A DNA stretch of 62,721 nt from Sluysia triapertura (lineage: Eukaryota): the NCBI GenBank assembly GCA_046118255.1, contig JBJNIA010000010.1, forward strand, positions 62,001 to 124,721, read 5' to 3'. Numbering within the stretch: the stretch's first letter is position 1; each line of letters opens with the position of its first letter. Positions 13,707-27,261 of this stretch are shown here, one piece after another. Both the position numbers and the translations under genes were made by a program. Below the pieces are notes generated by a model. The model made no database searches and was not told the origin of the DNA. It saw only the letters and a list, made by a program, of their open reading frames with translations.

Positions 13707-13760
13707 TTTTTATTTAAAAAGTTAGTTTTTTACTTATAATGTTTATGAACTTTGTAAATT

Positions 13761-14651
13761 ATGAAATCTAATAATAAATATTTAGCTGTAATCGGAACAT
13801 TTGATGGATGTCATGTTGGCCATCAATCATTATTTATCAAGGCTAAAGAAATTATTAAAGAAAATCCTGAATTAAAGCTAATGATTATAACTTTTTGGCC
13901 TACCCCTAAAAGTGTTTGATTTAATCGTGAAAATTATTTATTTGATAAAAAAGAAAAACTAGATTTTTTACAAAAATACAACCCAGATAAAGTTTTAGTT
14001 TTTCCTTTTGATGACCCCAATAAAAGTTGCTTGACAGCAGAAGAATTTGAAAATTGATTAAAAAACCACAACATTGTTAATATCGTTGTTGGTAAAAATT
14101 TTTCTTATGGACAGTTTGCAAAAGGAAGATGCATAGATTTAAGTAAAAAATTTCAGGTATATGAGAGTGAAATTTTAGAATATAAAGGAAAATCCATTTG
14201 TTCAACTAGATTAATGGATTTAATTTCTAAATGTTCAAGTGAAGATGATATGTTAGATATTAATAAAATGTTAAATTATTTTTACTTTATTTCGGGAATA
14301 GTTGTTAAAGGTGAGCAAAAAGGAAGACAAATAGGTTATCCGACGGCTAATTTATTGATTGATGAGCATAAAGTAATTTTTGGGGCCGGAATTTATGCTG
14401 GGTATTGCCAAATAGACAATGATAATTACCAAGCGGCCATAAGTGTAGGATATGCACCAACTATGTCTAATAGAAATAAAATAGTTGTTGAAGCCCATTT
14501 ATTGGATTTTGATAAAGATATCTATGGCAAAAAAATTACCTTATTTTTTAAACATTTTATAAGACAAGAAGCTAAGTTTTCTTCTAAAGATGAATTAATA
14601 GATGCCATTCAAAAAGATGTCGAAAAAATAAGGCAACTATTAGATAATTAA
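13761..14651 (+). CDS. ribF: bifunctional riboflavin kinase/FAD synthetase
   Basis: GTFDGCHVGH, GRQIGYPTAN, VEAHLLDF. Confidence 0.95.
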
Positions 14652-14703
14652 AATAAATTTTATTTTTTAAACTTTTAAGATAAAATATTTAAGTATAAAA
14701 TCT

Positions 14704-14759
14704 AATTTAACTCAATTACAAAAGAATAGCCAACTTTGATATTGATTAAATTGAAGGAG
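14704..14759 (+). promoter_or_regulatory. putative S15 autoregulatory leader
   Basis: AATTTAACTCAAT (14704-14716) pairs with ATTGATTAAATT (14741-14752), enclosing AAAG-AATAGCCAA-CTTT, directly 5' of SD AAGGAG. Confidence 0.55.
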
Positions 14760-14765
14760 ATAAAA

Positions 14766-15035
14766 ATGGCTTTAACAAAAGAAAAAAAAGCAGAAATTAT
14801 TGCTAAATATAATTTAAATAAAAAAGATACAGGTAGTGTTGAAGCGCAAGTTTCAATCTTAACTGAAGAGATTAATGAATTAACTAAACATTTACAAGCT
14901 CATACAAAAGACACACAAGGTCGTAAAGGTTTATTAAAAAAAGTTGCTCAAAGAAAAAGATTATTAGCTTATTTAAAAAGAGAAAATGAAATTAGATACA
15001 CTAATTTCATCAAAAAAATTAATATTCGCGGATAA
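14766..15035 (+). CDS. rpsO: 30S ribosomal protein S15
   Basis: DTGSVEAQV, GLLKKVAQRKRLLAYL; SD AAGGAG at 14754. Confidence 0.98.
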   Translation: MALTKEKKAEIIAKYNLNKKDTGSVEAQVSILTEEINELTKHLQAHTKDTQGRKGLLKKVAQRKRLLAYLKRENEIRYTNFIKKINIRG

Positions 15036-15082
15036 AAATTAACTGCTTCTTTTTTTAAAAACATTTTTAAGAAAGAAAACAT

Positions 15083-16735
15083 ATGAATAAAATTAAATTT
15101 TTTGCCTTAGGCGGTTTAGACGAATTAGGTAAAAATTGCTATGTATTAGAAATTAACGGTCTAGTTTGTATTTTTGATGCAGGTTTAAAAATTCCTGAAG
15201 AAATCAAACAAAGTCATGAAGTTGCCATTCCTTTAACAACATATATTGAATCCAATGCTAACCGTATTGTAGGGTTTTTTATAAGTCATGGTCATGCAGA
15301 TCAAGTAGGTGCTATACCTTACATTGCTAATAAATTCAATATTCCTATTTTTTGTTCTGAATTAACAAGAGCAATTATTTTTCAAAAGTTTGAAAAAATT
15401 AACGAAAAACCAAAATGTAACTTTATGATTATTCGTAACGGCCAGGTTTTAAATTTTAAACAATTTGAAATTAGAGTATTTTTAACATTACATTCAAGCA
15501 TTGAAAACTTTGTGTATGCAGTCAATACTAGTGATGGAGTTATTTGATATGCAACAGATTTTTTCTTTAATTCAGAGAATGAAGGAAGAAATTATTGATT
15601 TTTAAAAGATTTATTTAAATATAATGAAGATAAAAAAACTTTAATGCTATTATGTGACTCAACTAATGCTTCATTACCAGAATTTACAACCGGGAAATAT
15701 AGTTATTATGGTTATGTAAGTAAATTGATCAAAGATAACCCAGATAAAAGAATCATCATTAGCTGTTTCGAAGAAAGTATATATCATGCTATCGAAATTA
15801 TTAAGGCAGCTAAAGCCGATAAAAGAGAAATTTTTATATATGGAAAAACTTTAATTGAACATTTATATTTTTGTGAAAAATTCAATATTATTAATTCTTT
15901 ATCCGTTGAAATGGGCGAATTGCAAAATATGCAATTTTCTTCAAACGGAGTTATTATTGTCGCAAGCACCATTGAAAAATTATTTCTAAAATTAACATCA
16001 ATAGCGGTTCATGGAGATAAAAATCTATCTTTTAGTGATAAAGATGTTTATATTAATGCCGCTTTTGCACCATCAACTATTGAAACTCTAGCTTTTGAGG
16101 CTCTTTCAGAAATCGCTAAAAATGGTACACCTGTTTTATCTATTCCTAGAAGATTAATAAGAAGTATGCATCCAAGTGCAGAAGATATAAAACAGTTTAT
16201 TAATATTACCCAACCTAAATATTATGTTCCTATAAAAGGACTATATAAAGATTTAATTACAAATAGCAAAGTAGCTATATCAGCTAAAATGCCTAAAGAA
16301 AATGTTATTGTGTTAGATAATGGTGAGGCTATTAATTTTGAAAATGGAGAATTAACTAAATTAAGAGATAAAATTCAAGTTGATTCAGTTTTTGTTAGTG
16401 GGCAAAAATTAGATAATGTCGATATTCATGTTATTACTGACAAAATTGGTCTAGGGATGAATGGAATTGTCTTTGTTGGTTTCATGTATGATATAAGAAC
16501 TAAAACTATTACATCAAGTATTGATATTCAAATGCGCGGGATCGTGTATGTGAAAAAAAATGATGAAATTTTAACTAATGCAGAAAAAATTATTAAAGAA
16601 GAATTTGAAAATAAAAATTCTAATAAAATAAATATAAATCATGCTACACAAAATGTAAAATTAAAATTAGAAAAATATTTTAATAAAACAGTCGGGAAAA
16701 AACCAAAAATTTATGTTGAAATATTAGAGGAGTAA
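15083..16735 (+). CDS. rnj: ribonuclease J family (J2-like, degenerate metal motif)
   Basis: ALGGLDELGKNCY, SHGHADQ, CDSTNA, PKYYVPIKG. Confidence 0.9.
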
Positions 16736-16741
16736 TCTTAA

Positions 16742-19657
16742 ATGGCTAAAGCAATTAAAAACAATTATAAAAGAAACGTTAGTTGAACACTATTTTTTAT
16801 AATTGTTATTATTGTTTTATTTGTAAGAGTACCTTATGTTGGATCATATATCGATGATTTCACATTTAAATTACTATTTGGAGATTTTAAATATTTTGTA
16901 TATGTTGGACTATTATATTTTCTAATTCTAAAATTAATAAATAAAACTAGTAAACCGTGAGTAAAATCTCGATGCCCTGGTATTATAGTATTTCTATTTG
17001 GATTAGTGATGATTATTGCGATGGCGCAAGGTGATGCTTCAACTCATTTATCACATCCAGGTGATTTTAGCCAAGTTTTTACAAATTTTTGAAATGATTA
17101 TTATAAATCTATCAATCCTACCGCTAGCGGGTATTGATCTGGTACTTATATTACTGGTGTATTAGGAACATTTTACTATGCAGTATTTAATTCACTACCA
17201 CATGTTTGATGTGATATTCTAGGTTATATTATCGCTTTAGTGTTTACATTAGTAGGAATAAGCCTATTAGTTACATGTAAGCCAGTTTATTTATATGTTT
17301 GAGCTTATCAAAGATTAGCTTATAGCATTAAAAAAGTTAGATTTGAAAAATATATTAATAATTTATCTTTAGAAGAAAAGAAAAAATATCCATTTTTTGA
17401 AAAAACTCAAACCGTTGATATTAAGAAAGCAATTACCCAAGAAATTGGTTTAACTCCTAAGGTACAAAAATTTGTTCCTAAATTTCATCCCGATTATGCT
17501 GCTGATTTTTTTAATAAAAATAAGAATAATATTCAAAATAATTCTATTAGTAAAGGACAATACTCAGCATATCCGCCAGTTGATAAAAAAAATATTATTA
17601 GCAAAGATAGTAAAAATAGAGATCTTTCTTCATCTATTTTTATAAATAAGAATTTATCTAATCAAGAAATTATCGATAATTATCAAAAATCATTAGAAAA
17701 TAAAAAAGATACATCCATCATCACTAGTACGACTAAAAAACCTAAATCTAGATTTAGTTTATTTGGTATAAACAGTTCTAAGAAACAAGAAATTTCTAAA
17801 GAGCAACAAGAGCTTGAAGCAAGAAAAGCCAAATTTGATGATGAATCAAGAGTACGACCATTTAATGTCTCAGAAAAAATAAATCTTCAAGAAGCTTTAA
17901 ATAAAATCAATTTAGGTAACGTTAACATTAACAAAGAATATAGTGAAGATTTTAAATATGATAATCCTTCTATTAATAACCAAGAGCAAGAAACTATTAA
18001 TAATAACGAAAATGATTATGATTCAGAAAATTTAAATTCAGATGAAAAAAATTTCTATGATGAACAAAATACCGACACTTCTAGAGATTTTGATGCTAAT
18101 GAAGACATTAATAATGATGTTAATACAATCATCGAAGAAGAAGAATTAAAAGTAGACCCAACCATCAACATGTCGGATGTTAATACAAACATTAAAACTG
18201 AAAAATTAATGGAAATTCAAACATATAAAGATTTAAAATTTCCAAATTATGAGCTACCAAGTATTGATTTATTAGCAAATAAAAGCCAAGAAAATAATTT
18301 TTCAGAAGAAGAATTAAAAAATTTTATAAATGAACAAATTCGCACAGCTGTTGATGCTCTTAAGGAATTAGAAATAGAAGTAGAGTTTGATAATTTTATT
18401 GTTGGACCAAGAATTTTAAGAATGATGTTTTCACCAAAATCTGACTTCCGCGTTAAAGATATTATAAGCGTAAAAGAAGACTTGAAACGTTATTTAAAAA
18501 ATACTAATACTGTTGTTCAAGCGCCACTACATGGAACTAATAATGTAGCAATTGATGTACCTCTAGCAGAACACTTTATTAAACCTATAAGTTTAAAAGA
18601 GGCATTATTATCAGAATATCAAAAAGGAATAGTAAAAAATGGCATTAATATTTGTCTAGGTAAGAATTTAAAAGGCGAAAGTGAATTTTTAAACCTAGAA
18701 AATTCAGTGCATGTCTTAATTGCTGGAACAACTGGTTCAGGAAAATCAATAGCAATTAATGCATTTATACTAAATATACTTCTTTCATATAAACCAAATG
18801 AAATTCGTTTAATGTTGATTGATCCAAAACAAGTAGAATTATCTTGTTTTGCAAATATACCTCATTTATTAGCTCCAATTATTACCAATGGGAAAATAGC
18901 ATTAGCCTCATTGAAAAAAATAGTTGATGAGATGGAATTGCGATACAATTTTTTAAATAAAACAAATTCTAAAAATATTGATAGTTACAATGATAAAGTT
19001 TCAGATGATAATAAACTTCCAAAAATAATAATAATCATTGATGAATTTGCTGATTTAATAATGACCTCAAAAAGTGGCTCAGGAGTTAATGATATTGAAA
19101 CTACAATTGTTCGCTTAGTACAAAAAGCAAGGGCTGCCGGAATATATGTAATTTTAGCAACACAAAGACCATCTGCTGATGTAATTACTGGATTAATAAA
19201 ATCAAACATTCCAACAAAAATAGCATTTGCAGTAAGTAATTCTAATAATTCACGCATTATTTTAGATGATAATGGCGCAGAAAACCTATTAGGGAAAGGC
19301 GATATGTTATATAAACCAAATTCCGCTTTTCAATTGAGCAGAATCCAAGGGGTTTATGTTTCAGATGAAGAAATTAAAAACATCGTGGATTTTGTAACCT
19401 GCGATAGTCAACAAATTTTTGATGAGGAGTTATTAAACTTAGATGCACCAGAAGACTTTAGTGATGGTAATGTTTTAGGGATCGAAGATGAATTTTATGA
19501 ACGTTGCAAAACATATGTTCAAAATACAGGTTATTGTTCAGCTTCTAACTTACAAAGTAAGTTTGGCCTAGGGTTTCCAAGAGCCGCAAAAATAATTGAA
19601 GCTCTTAAATCTCAAGGTATAATAATTAGAGAAGGAAATAAGTGAAAAGTTTTATAA
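16742..19657 (+). CDS. ftsK: FtsK/SpoIIIE DNA translocase
   Basis: N-terminal TMs, long linker, AGTTGSGKS, IIDEFADL, ATQRPS, GAENLLGKGDM, gamma domain GFPRAAKII. Confidence 0.94.
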
Positions 19658-19969
19658 ATGAAATCAATAAATAAACAAGAAATATACAAATTAATTAAAC
19701 AACCTGGTATCAATATTTTTTATATGTATTTTGATACTTGCCCATTTTGCATCAAAGCAAAACCAATTATATTAGAATTAGAACAACAATTAGGTAATGA
19801 TGCTAACTTCTATTGCTTAAATGCTAATGATGAAGATTTTTGAGATGAAGAAACAGAATTATCAATCGATATTGTCCCAACAGTTTTTATTTATCGTGAT
19901 GGAGTACAAATTTTTAGACAAGATGATAAGATCAAAGCTTCAGACATATTAAGACATATTAACTCTTAA
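19658..19969 (+). CDS. thioredoxin family protein
   Basis: CPFC active site, IVPT cis-Pro loop, 103 aa; upstream of uvrC as trxA is in Bacilli. Confidence 0.85.
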
Positions 19970-19974
19970 TTTTA

Positions 19975-21750
19975 ATGATTAGTAATCGTGATAATCTATT
20001 AAATCAAGCTAATAATTTACCTTCTAATCCTGGTTGCTATTTATTTTTAAATAGTAGTCAGGATGTTTTATATGTAGGGAAAGCAAAAAATATTAAGAAA
20101 AGAGTTTTGCAATATTTTTCCAAAGTTCATAATTATCGCTTAACTAACTTGTTAAATGTCGCAAAACAAATTAATTTTATTGTTACAACAAATGAAACTG
20201 AAGCTTTAATTTTAGAAAGTAGTCTAATTAAAAAATATTATCCGGAATATAATATTTTATTAAAAGATGATAAATCATATCCCTATATTATTATTACTAA
20301 AGAATCATTCCCTAGATTAATGTATGTTAGAAGAATTAATTTAGCTAAAAATGAATATTTAAAAGCCTTTGGGCCATTTCCAAGTAATTTATATGCCTCA
20401 GAAATATTGAGTTTATTAAATCGTATTTTTCCTTTTAGAAAATGTAATATTATGCCAAAAAAAGAATGCTTATATTATCATATTCATCAATGTCTAGCTC
20501 CATGCATCAAGAAGATTGAGCATCAAAAATATGATGAAATGATAAAAAATGTTGAGGATTTTTTCAAGGGTAAGACACAAAATATCAAAAAACAATTAAT
20601 GAAAGATATGAAAACATATGTTGATTCACTAAATTTTGAACAAGCTAATGAAATAAAAAAAATTTTATCATCGCTCGCAACATTTTCTAAGAATCAAAAA
20701 ATCGAATTTAAAGATTTTATTGATCGCGATTTTGTAGGATTTTATCAATTTGAAGACAATTTATCAATTTGTGTGTTTTTTTATCGCAATGGAAAATTAA
20801 TAAATACCGCAAATTATTTAATTAAAATCTTTGTTAATTTACAAACAACAATGGCTTTATTTTTAAATAATTTATATTTAAGCACTATTTTGCCTCATTC
20901 TATATATTTAGAAAATATATGTATTAATGATGAATTACAGCAAAATTACTTAGCTAAAAATGTTAATATTATTATTCCTAAATCAGGGAAAAATAGAGAA
21001 ATATTAAACTTAACAAATGAAAATGCTCAATTGTATTGAAACCAAAACTATTTAAAAATAATTAATAAAGAAAAAACTCAAGAATTTTTACTTTCTGAAA
21101 TCAAAAAACTCTTTAACATTAATAAAGAAACAATAACAATCGCATTAGCAGACACTTCCCATTTACAAGGGGAAAATTATGTCGGGAGTGTAGTTTATTT
21201 TGAAAATTTAGAAAAAGTTTATAGAAAATATCGAAAATATAACTTAGAAGACATTAAAAACCCCAATGATGCGCAAGCTATTTACAAAACTGTCAAAAAA
21301 TATTTCTCTAAGCCTATCGATATTGATGTTTTAATTGTTGATGGGGGAGTAATTCAAATAAATGCTGCCTATAAAGCTTTATTAGAATTAAATCTACAAA
21401 ATAAAATTATAATTGCCGGGCTAGTTAAAGACAAAAATCATAAAACTAATAATCTACTACTAAATAATGTACTAATAGATATCAAAAACCAAAAAGAAAT
21501 ATTTTTATTCTTAGCAAAAATGCAAGATGAAGTTCATAATTTTGCTATAAATTATTTTCGTAAGCAAAAATCAAAATCTTTATTTTATACTGAGCTAAAA
21601 AATATTCCAGGAATTGGGCCAAAAACCATTGAAATATTGAATGTTAACTTTATAACAACAAATGACATTAAAAATGCTAATTTAAGTGATTTAGAAAAAA
21701 TTATTAGTAAAAATACAGCAATGAAAATATATAAATATTTTCATAAATAG
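19975..21750 (+). CDS. uvrC: excinuclease ABC subunit C
   Basis: GIY-YIG (PGCY...YVGKAKN), LKDDKSYPY, VDGG, QDEVHNFAI, HhH IPGIG. Confidence 0.96.
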
Positions 21751-21765
21751 TTTAAGTAAATAATA

Positions 21766-22917
21766 TTAAAAGCTAGGTACTTGTTGAGTCATACAATGAA
21801 TATTGCCCCCAGATAAAGAAAATTCGCGAGTATTTATGCCAATAATTTTTTTATCTTTAAATTCATTTTGAATAACTTGCATAGCATTTTCATCAGCTAG
21901 CTTATCGTGACCAAATTGTGGAACCAAAACAAATGTGTTTCCTATATAAATATTGACATAGTCTCCATCTATTCTAGTAAATGGCGAATAATTCATGTAT
22001 TTCATTTCTTTCCCCATTGATCGATATTCACTTAAAGATAGTCTCATATCTTTAGGTTTATGAATTTTAACAATTTCTATTTTTCTTCCTCTAGCATCAA
22101 CTTCATTAGCTAAGATATCTAAGTTTTCTAGCATTCGCTTATCAGGTGAATTATCTCATGAAAAAAGCACTCTTCCAGGCCTAATATAAGATAAAACACA
22201 ATCTACATGCCCACCAGTCATATCATAAATACTAGACCCTCATTTAAGTCAAATTACTTTTTGGACATTTAAGTATTTTTTTAAATAACCCTCAATTTCC
22301 TCTTTAGAGTAGTAAGGATTACGATTATTTCTTAATAAACATTCTTCAGTTGTTATACACGTTCCTTCACCATCCACATGAAATGATCCACCTTCTAAAA
22401 TAATTGGAGCAATATAACCCTTAATTTTTTGTGCTTGTAAATATTTTTTCCCCAATAATATGTCATCTAATAGATATTGAGGTATGTTATCAGCTTTTTT
22501 ATTAACATCCTCTAACCCTCAATAATTGAAAATAAAGCTTACCCCTCTTATTTCTTTAGTCTTGTTGTTTATAACAAATGTTGGTAAATGATCTCTTGCT
22601 CAGGAAGTAGAATTTTCTAAAATTATATATTCAACACGATCATTATTTATGTTGTGTACCGCTTTCGGATATTCTTTTTTAGTTACAATAACCTGCACTT
22701 TTTCTAATGATGAAATTTGATTTACTAATTTTATAAATGTGTTTTGTGCAGGAGTGGCATTATCTCTTCATTCATACTTTGAATATGGTCAAATTAATAT
22801 AATGCTTGAATGTTGATGTGATTCAATTGGCATAAAAAAATCATCATCTTGTGGTGTTCTATTTGTTATTAAGTAATTATTTTCATTTATTTTGTTAATT
22901 ATTTTTTGTATTTTCAT
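21766..22917 (-). CDS. aguA: agmatine deiminase family protein
   Basis: FFMP...[44 protein letters not shown]. Confidence 0.9.
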
Positions 22918-22997
22918 ATTTTTCAATTGTAAAATTCGTGTATTTTAAAAACATTTATAGTACAATTTTTATTATATTAAAAATTAGAAAGTTATAA

Positions 22998-24365
22998 ATG
23001 ATTACAAATTTAGATAATAGTAATATAAATTCCTTTAGTTCCAAAAATAAATGAATAAAAGCCACATCCAAAATTATTGTTATATTATTAGCATTATTTT
23101 TCTTGATAGTTGTATTTTCTAATGTAGTTCTTGGTTATGTTACAGCCAAATCAGCAATGAAACAAACTTCATGTGCAAGTATAGTTTCAGGATGCAATGG
23201 TGTTACTACCAACATTAAAAATCAAGATTCTCAAAATTTTTGAGAAAACAAGGGAGATTTTAAAGGTATTTACAATTGACCTTATGTTGGAAATAATAAT
23301 AATTATATTTTTGATAGTAATGGTGGGCCTGATGCTACTACACAAGATAATGTAAAAAACCCTAAAAAAGCCTTTTTTATGAAACATATGTATGTAAATA
23401 CTCTAAAATATGGTGGAACAAGTGATAGAATAAGCACTTATGTATTGCAAGCTCCAAAAATTATAAAAGCTGATCCAACACCATTAAGCAAATATTCAAA
23501 TACATATGCCTTTATAGTTCATGGCGCTGCTTCTGATTGAACAAGTAGTTTTACATATAGTGAAATATTACTAAGAATGGGAATTAATGTGGTTATTTGA
23601 GATAATCAAGGTACGGGCAAAAATGTTAAGGATGCTTTTGGTTATTTGGGTTCTAATGGTGGTTATACAACATATGGTGTTAAAGAAGCACAAGATATTC
23701 ATGCAATGATTAATTGATTTGAAAATGATACAAGTAAAAATCTTGGTACTTCACCAGTTTATTTTGATGGTACAGGAGGAGATCCCAAACCATATTGATC
23801 TTCTGACGATTCAGCAATTGTACTAGGTATAAGTCTTGGTGGGTCTTCTGCTATGAATTATGCGGGAATGTATCCGCAAGATAAAAAAAATTTAAATGTA
23901 AAAGGAGTTATTGAAGATAGCGGTTATGCTACATTGGCGGGGGAATTTGAGCATATTTCAACGTCACAATTTCATTTACCAACATTTTTAGCATTTCCGG
24001 GATTTTCTTTCTGATATTTCACAATGAATGGGTTTAATTTATATGATAATAATCCAATTAATAACATTAAAAAAATATCACGAAAAACTATGCCAGTCTT
24101 CTTTGTGCACACAATAGCTGACACATATATTCCTTATAAAGATAATTTTCCTAAACTAGTAGATTCTTATGATAATTTAGGCTTAACTGATAATCAATAT
24201 AAAGTAAAATTTTCCTTTCCAGGTAACAACCATGTAGATACTATCCAAAATGAAAGATCATTATGAGGAAGTGGATATAACCCTATGAAGAATTCAGATT
24301 CAGGTTATTTTGTTGCCGGAAGCTTTCAAGAATCATTACATAAATGATTACAAAGTATTCTATAA
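22998..24365 (+). CDS. membrane-anchored alpha/beta hydrolase (YqkD-like)
   Basis: N-terminal TM, VHG, GISLGG nucleophile elbow, IEDSGY, VHTIADTYIP, NHVD. Confidence 0.85.
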
Positions 24366-24413
24366 ACAATAAAAATATAAATTATTAAAAAACTTTAAAG
24401 TATACTTTAAGAT

Positions 24414-24899
24414 ATGAAAAAAGTATTATTAATATCCGATACACATGGTGAAAATGAATTGATAAAAGTTATTTTATCAAAAAATAATGATTGTGATTTT
24501 TATGTTCATGCGGGCGATTCTTATAATGATGGTTCATACATGAAAAAAAATTTTGATTATTGCGTTGAAGGCAATAATGATAATAATGGACTTCCTGAAT
24601 GTGAAATTTTTGAGATATATAATCATAAAATATTGTTATGTCATGGCCACACTTTTGTAGGATGAAAACTAGATTTTGTTAAAGATTTAGCTAAAGCCGG
24701 CAAAGCATATAAATGCGATATAGTTTTGCACGGCCATAGCCATATAGTTTCTGATCAAACCTACGATGGAATAAGAGTAATATGTCCTGGTTCTATTTAT
24801 ATGCCTAGAAGTCTTCATGGAAAAACATATAGTATATTAACTTTCCATGAAAATGGTAAAGTAGAAAACCAAGTAATTTATCTTAATAAAACAAATTAA
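24414..24899 (+). CDS. metallophosphoesterase YfcE/YsnB family
   Basis: ISDTHG, HAGD, GNND, CHGH, HGHSH, CPGS. Confidence 0.92.
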
Positions 24900-24989
24900 A
24901 ATACCGATAATCTTAAAATAAATCTATTTAATAAATTAATTTACAAAAAAACTATTTTAAAGTAAAATTATTTTTGTAATTACATACAT

Positions 24990-25066
24990 GTCCATGTAGC
25001 TCAGTTGGATAGAGCATGCGCCTTCTAAGCGCAGGGTCGGAGGTTCGAATCCTCTCATGGATGCCA
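24990..25066 (+). tRNA. tRNA-Arg(TCT)
   Basis: Cloverleaf with acceptor GTCCATG/CATGGAT, anticodon loop CTTCTAA, GTTCGAATC, 3' CCA. Confidence 0.98.
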
Positions 25067-25154
25067 TTTTTATATAAGCTTAGTTAAGTTAATATAAAAA
25101 TACTATTTTTTGAATTAAAATAGTTATAAGTGATACATCTAAAATAGGAATCTC

Positions 25155-25919
25155 TTGGGTAATTTAAATTATTTTGATGAAATAGTTAAAAAAATTAATT
25201 TTCATATTAATAATGAAGAATATGAAGAAGCTTTTAATCTTATTAAAAATGAATTAAATATGCCATATACACCACCAAAATATGAAAAAATATTTTTAGA
25301 TATCTTAGAAAATAAAGTTAAACCTAATTTAGTAACTGCCAAATTAACTAATAAAGGTATTGATGAAGAAGTAATTTACAATTTTTTTTCAGATAATAAA
25401 GATAATAGTGTTGAAGATTATAAAATAGTTGATTTTTTTAAGAAAATAAATATTCGTAGATACCTTTCTGATATATACCAATATCTTAAAAATCCTATCA
25501 AAGACCCTATAATAAAAACACTAATAATCCAAATTATGCAAGAGCAAAATATAAATGAAACATTTATAGTGAATAAATTTCAAGAAAATTTTACACTTAA
25601 TCCTTCTAAAATTATTCTTTGAAATAATGATTTAACTTATTTAGAAACCAAAAAGTTACTAACAGAAGTATTATCAATCAAAGAAGCGGATGTTTTAAAT
25701 ATGTGTAATATTTTTTGAGATTGATATAATCAATTTATTTTTCCTAAATTATTATTAGACACAAAACCTGAAAATTGAGCCGCAACTATCAATTGTTATG
25801 TGTTAAAATTACTAAAGCAGCATTTCGAAATAAATGGTATTGCGCATTTATATAAAGCAAATATTATTGAAGTAAATAAATTATATTTGTTATTATTAAA
25901 TATTAAAAATAAGGAGTAA
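25155..25919 (+). CDS. hypothetical protein, DUF3196-like
   Basis: NYFDEI...EAFNLIKNELNMPYTP pattern recalled from Mollicute DUF3196; TTG start; sits between tRNA-Arg and tig. Confidence 0.65.
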
Positions 25920-25923
25920 TAAT

Positions 25924-27246
25924 ATGGAATTTAATTTTCAAGAAAAAAAGGTTAATGCAACTCAAGGAGAATATACTTGTTCAACTAGCGGAGAAGATTG
26001 AGAAAAATACATGCAAAATGCCACAAAGCATTTGGCAAAAAAAATGAACATCAAAGGTTTTAGACCAGGAACTGTGCCAGTTGATGTAGCTAAAAAGTAT
26101 TTAACACAAGAAGAAATCGGCCGTGAGGCAGCGCACCACTTTGTAGATGACGCTTATAGATTTGTAATGAAAAAAACAGATAAAAAAATCAATTTCTTAA
26201 TGCCAGAAGATATTGAATTAAAAATTGAAACAATGTCTATTAAAGGTGTTGTTCTAAAATTTCTTTTTAGTTTAAAACCAGAAGTTTTTGCTTCAAAATG
26301 AAAAGAAATTCATGTAAATGTTGAAAAACCAAAAGTTACCAAAAAAGATATTGAAAACCGTAAAAATGTCTTAATTAATCAACATTCAACTTTTAATGTT
26401 ATTGAAGATGAAGCGCACGAACTTCAAGAAAAAGAAATTGCGGTCATTGATTTTTGTGGAAGTGTTGATGGTGTTAAATTTCAAGGTGGTGAGGGTAAAA
26501 AATTTCCTTTAACAATTGGTAATAAACAATTTATTCCTGGTTTTGAAGAACAATTAATTGGAATGATTATTAATACTAAAAAAACAATTGATGTAACGTT
26601 TCCAGAAAATTATCAAGAAAAATCCTTAGCAGGTAAAAAATCTCAATTCGAAATCTTTTTACATGAAATTAAAGAAAAAAAATCTCCTCAATTTAATGAT
26701 GAATTCATTGCTTCTTTAAACATTGATGGTGTAAAAACAATTAGCGAATGAGAAAAATCAATTGAATCTGAAATTATTGAATCTAAAAAATTTGAATGTG
26801 AACAAGAAGCAGAAGAGCAATTATTGACAGAATTATCTACAAAAATCGAGGTTAATATAGCTGAAAAAATTATTAATATTGAAGCTACTAAAATGGAAAA
26901 TAATTTTTTAAACCGTTTAAAAACTATTAACATCACTAAAGAACAGGCTTTTAAAGAATTAAATAAAACAGAAGAAGAATTAAAAAAACAATTTATTGAA
27001 GATGCAACTAATTCTTTAAAACTAAATTTCATTTTAAATACAATTGCTGATAGTGAAAAAATATTTACAACAGAAAAAAATTATGAAGAATGATTGCAAA
27101 AAATGTCAATCTCGGAGCAAATACCTGTTAATGATCTAAGAACTAGAGTTCCTTTATCAAATGAGGTATTAGCTCGTTTACGTAATGAAATGACTTGAGA
27201 ACACATTAAAAAAACATGTTTAAAACACTCATCAATCAAAGAATAG
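25924..27246 (+). CDS. tig: trigger factor
   Basis: GFRPG signature, FKBP domain (FIPGFEEQLIGM, VTFPENY); SD AAGGAG. Confidence 0.96.
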
Positions 27247-27261
27247 TTTTAAAGGAGTATC

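Noticed and set aside
18116-19961. Short repeats (GATGTTAATACAA x2 in the ftsK linker; AGACATATTA x2 in the thioredoxin 3' end)
   Set aside because: Only two copies each, inside coding sequence; unremarkable in AT-rich DNA
24990-25155. Integrated element at tRNA-Arg
   Set aside because: No integrase or duplicated tRNA 3' end seen; flanking genes follow conserved synteny
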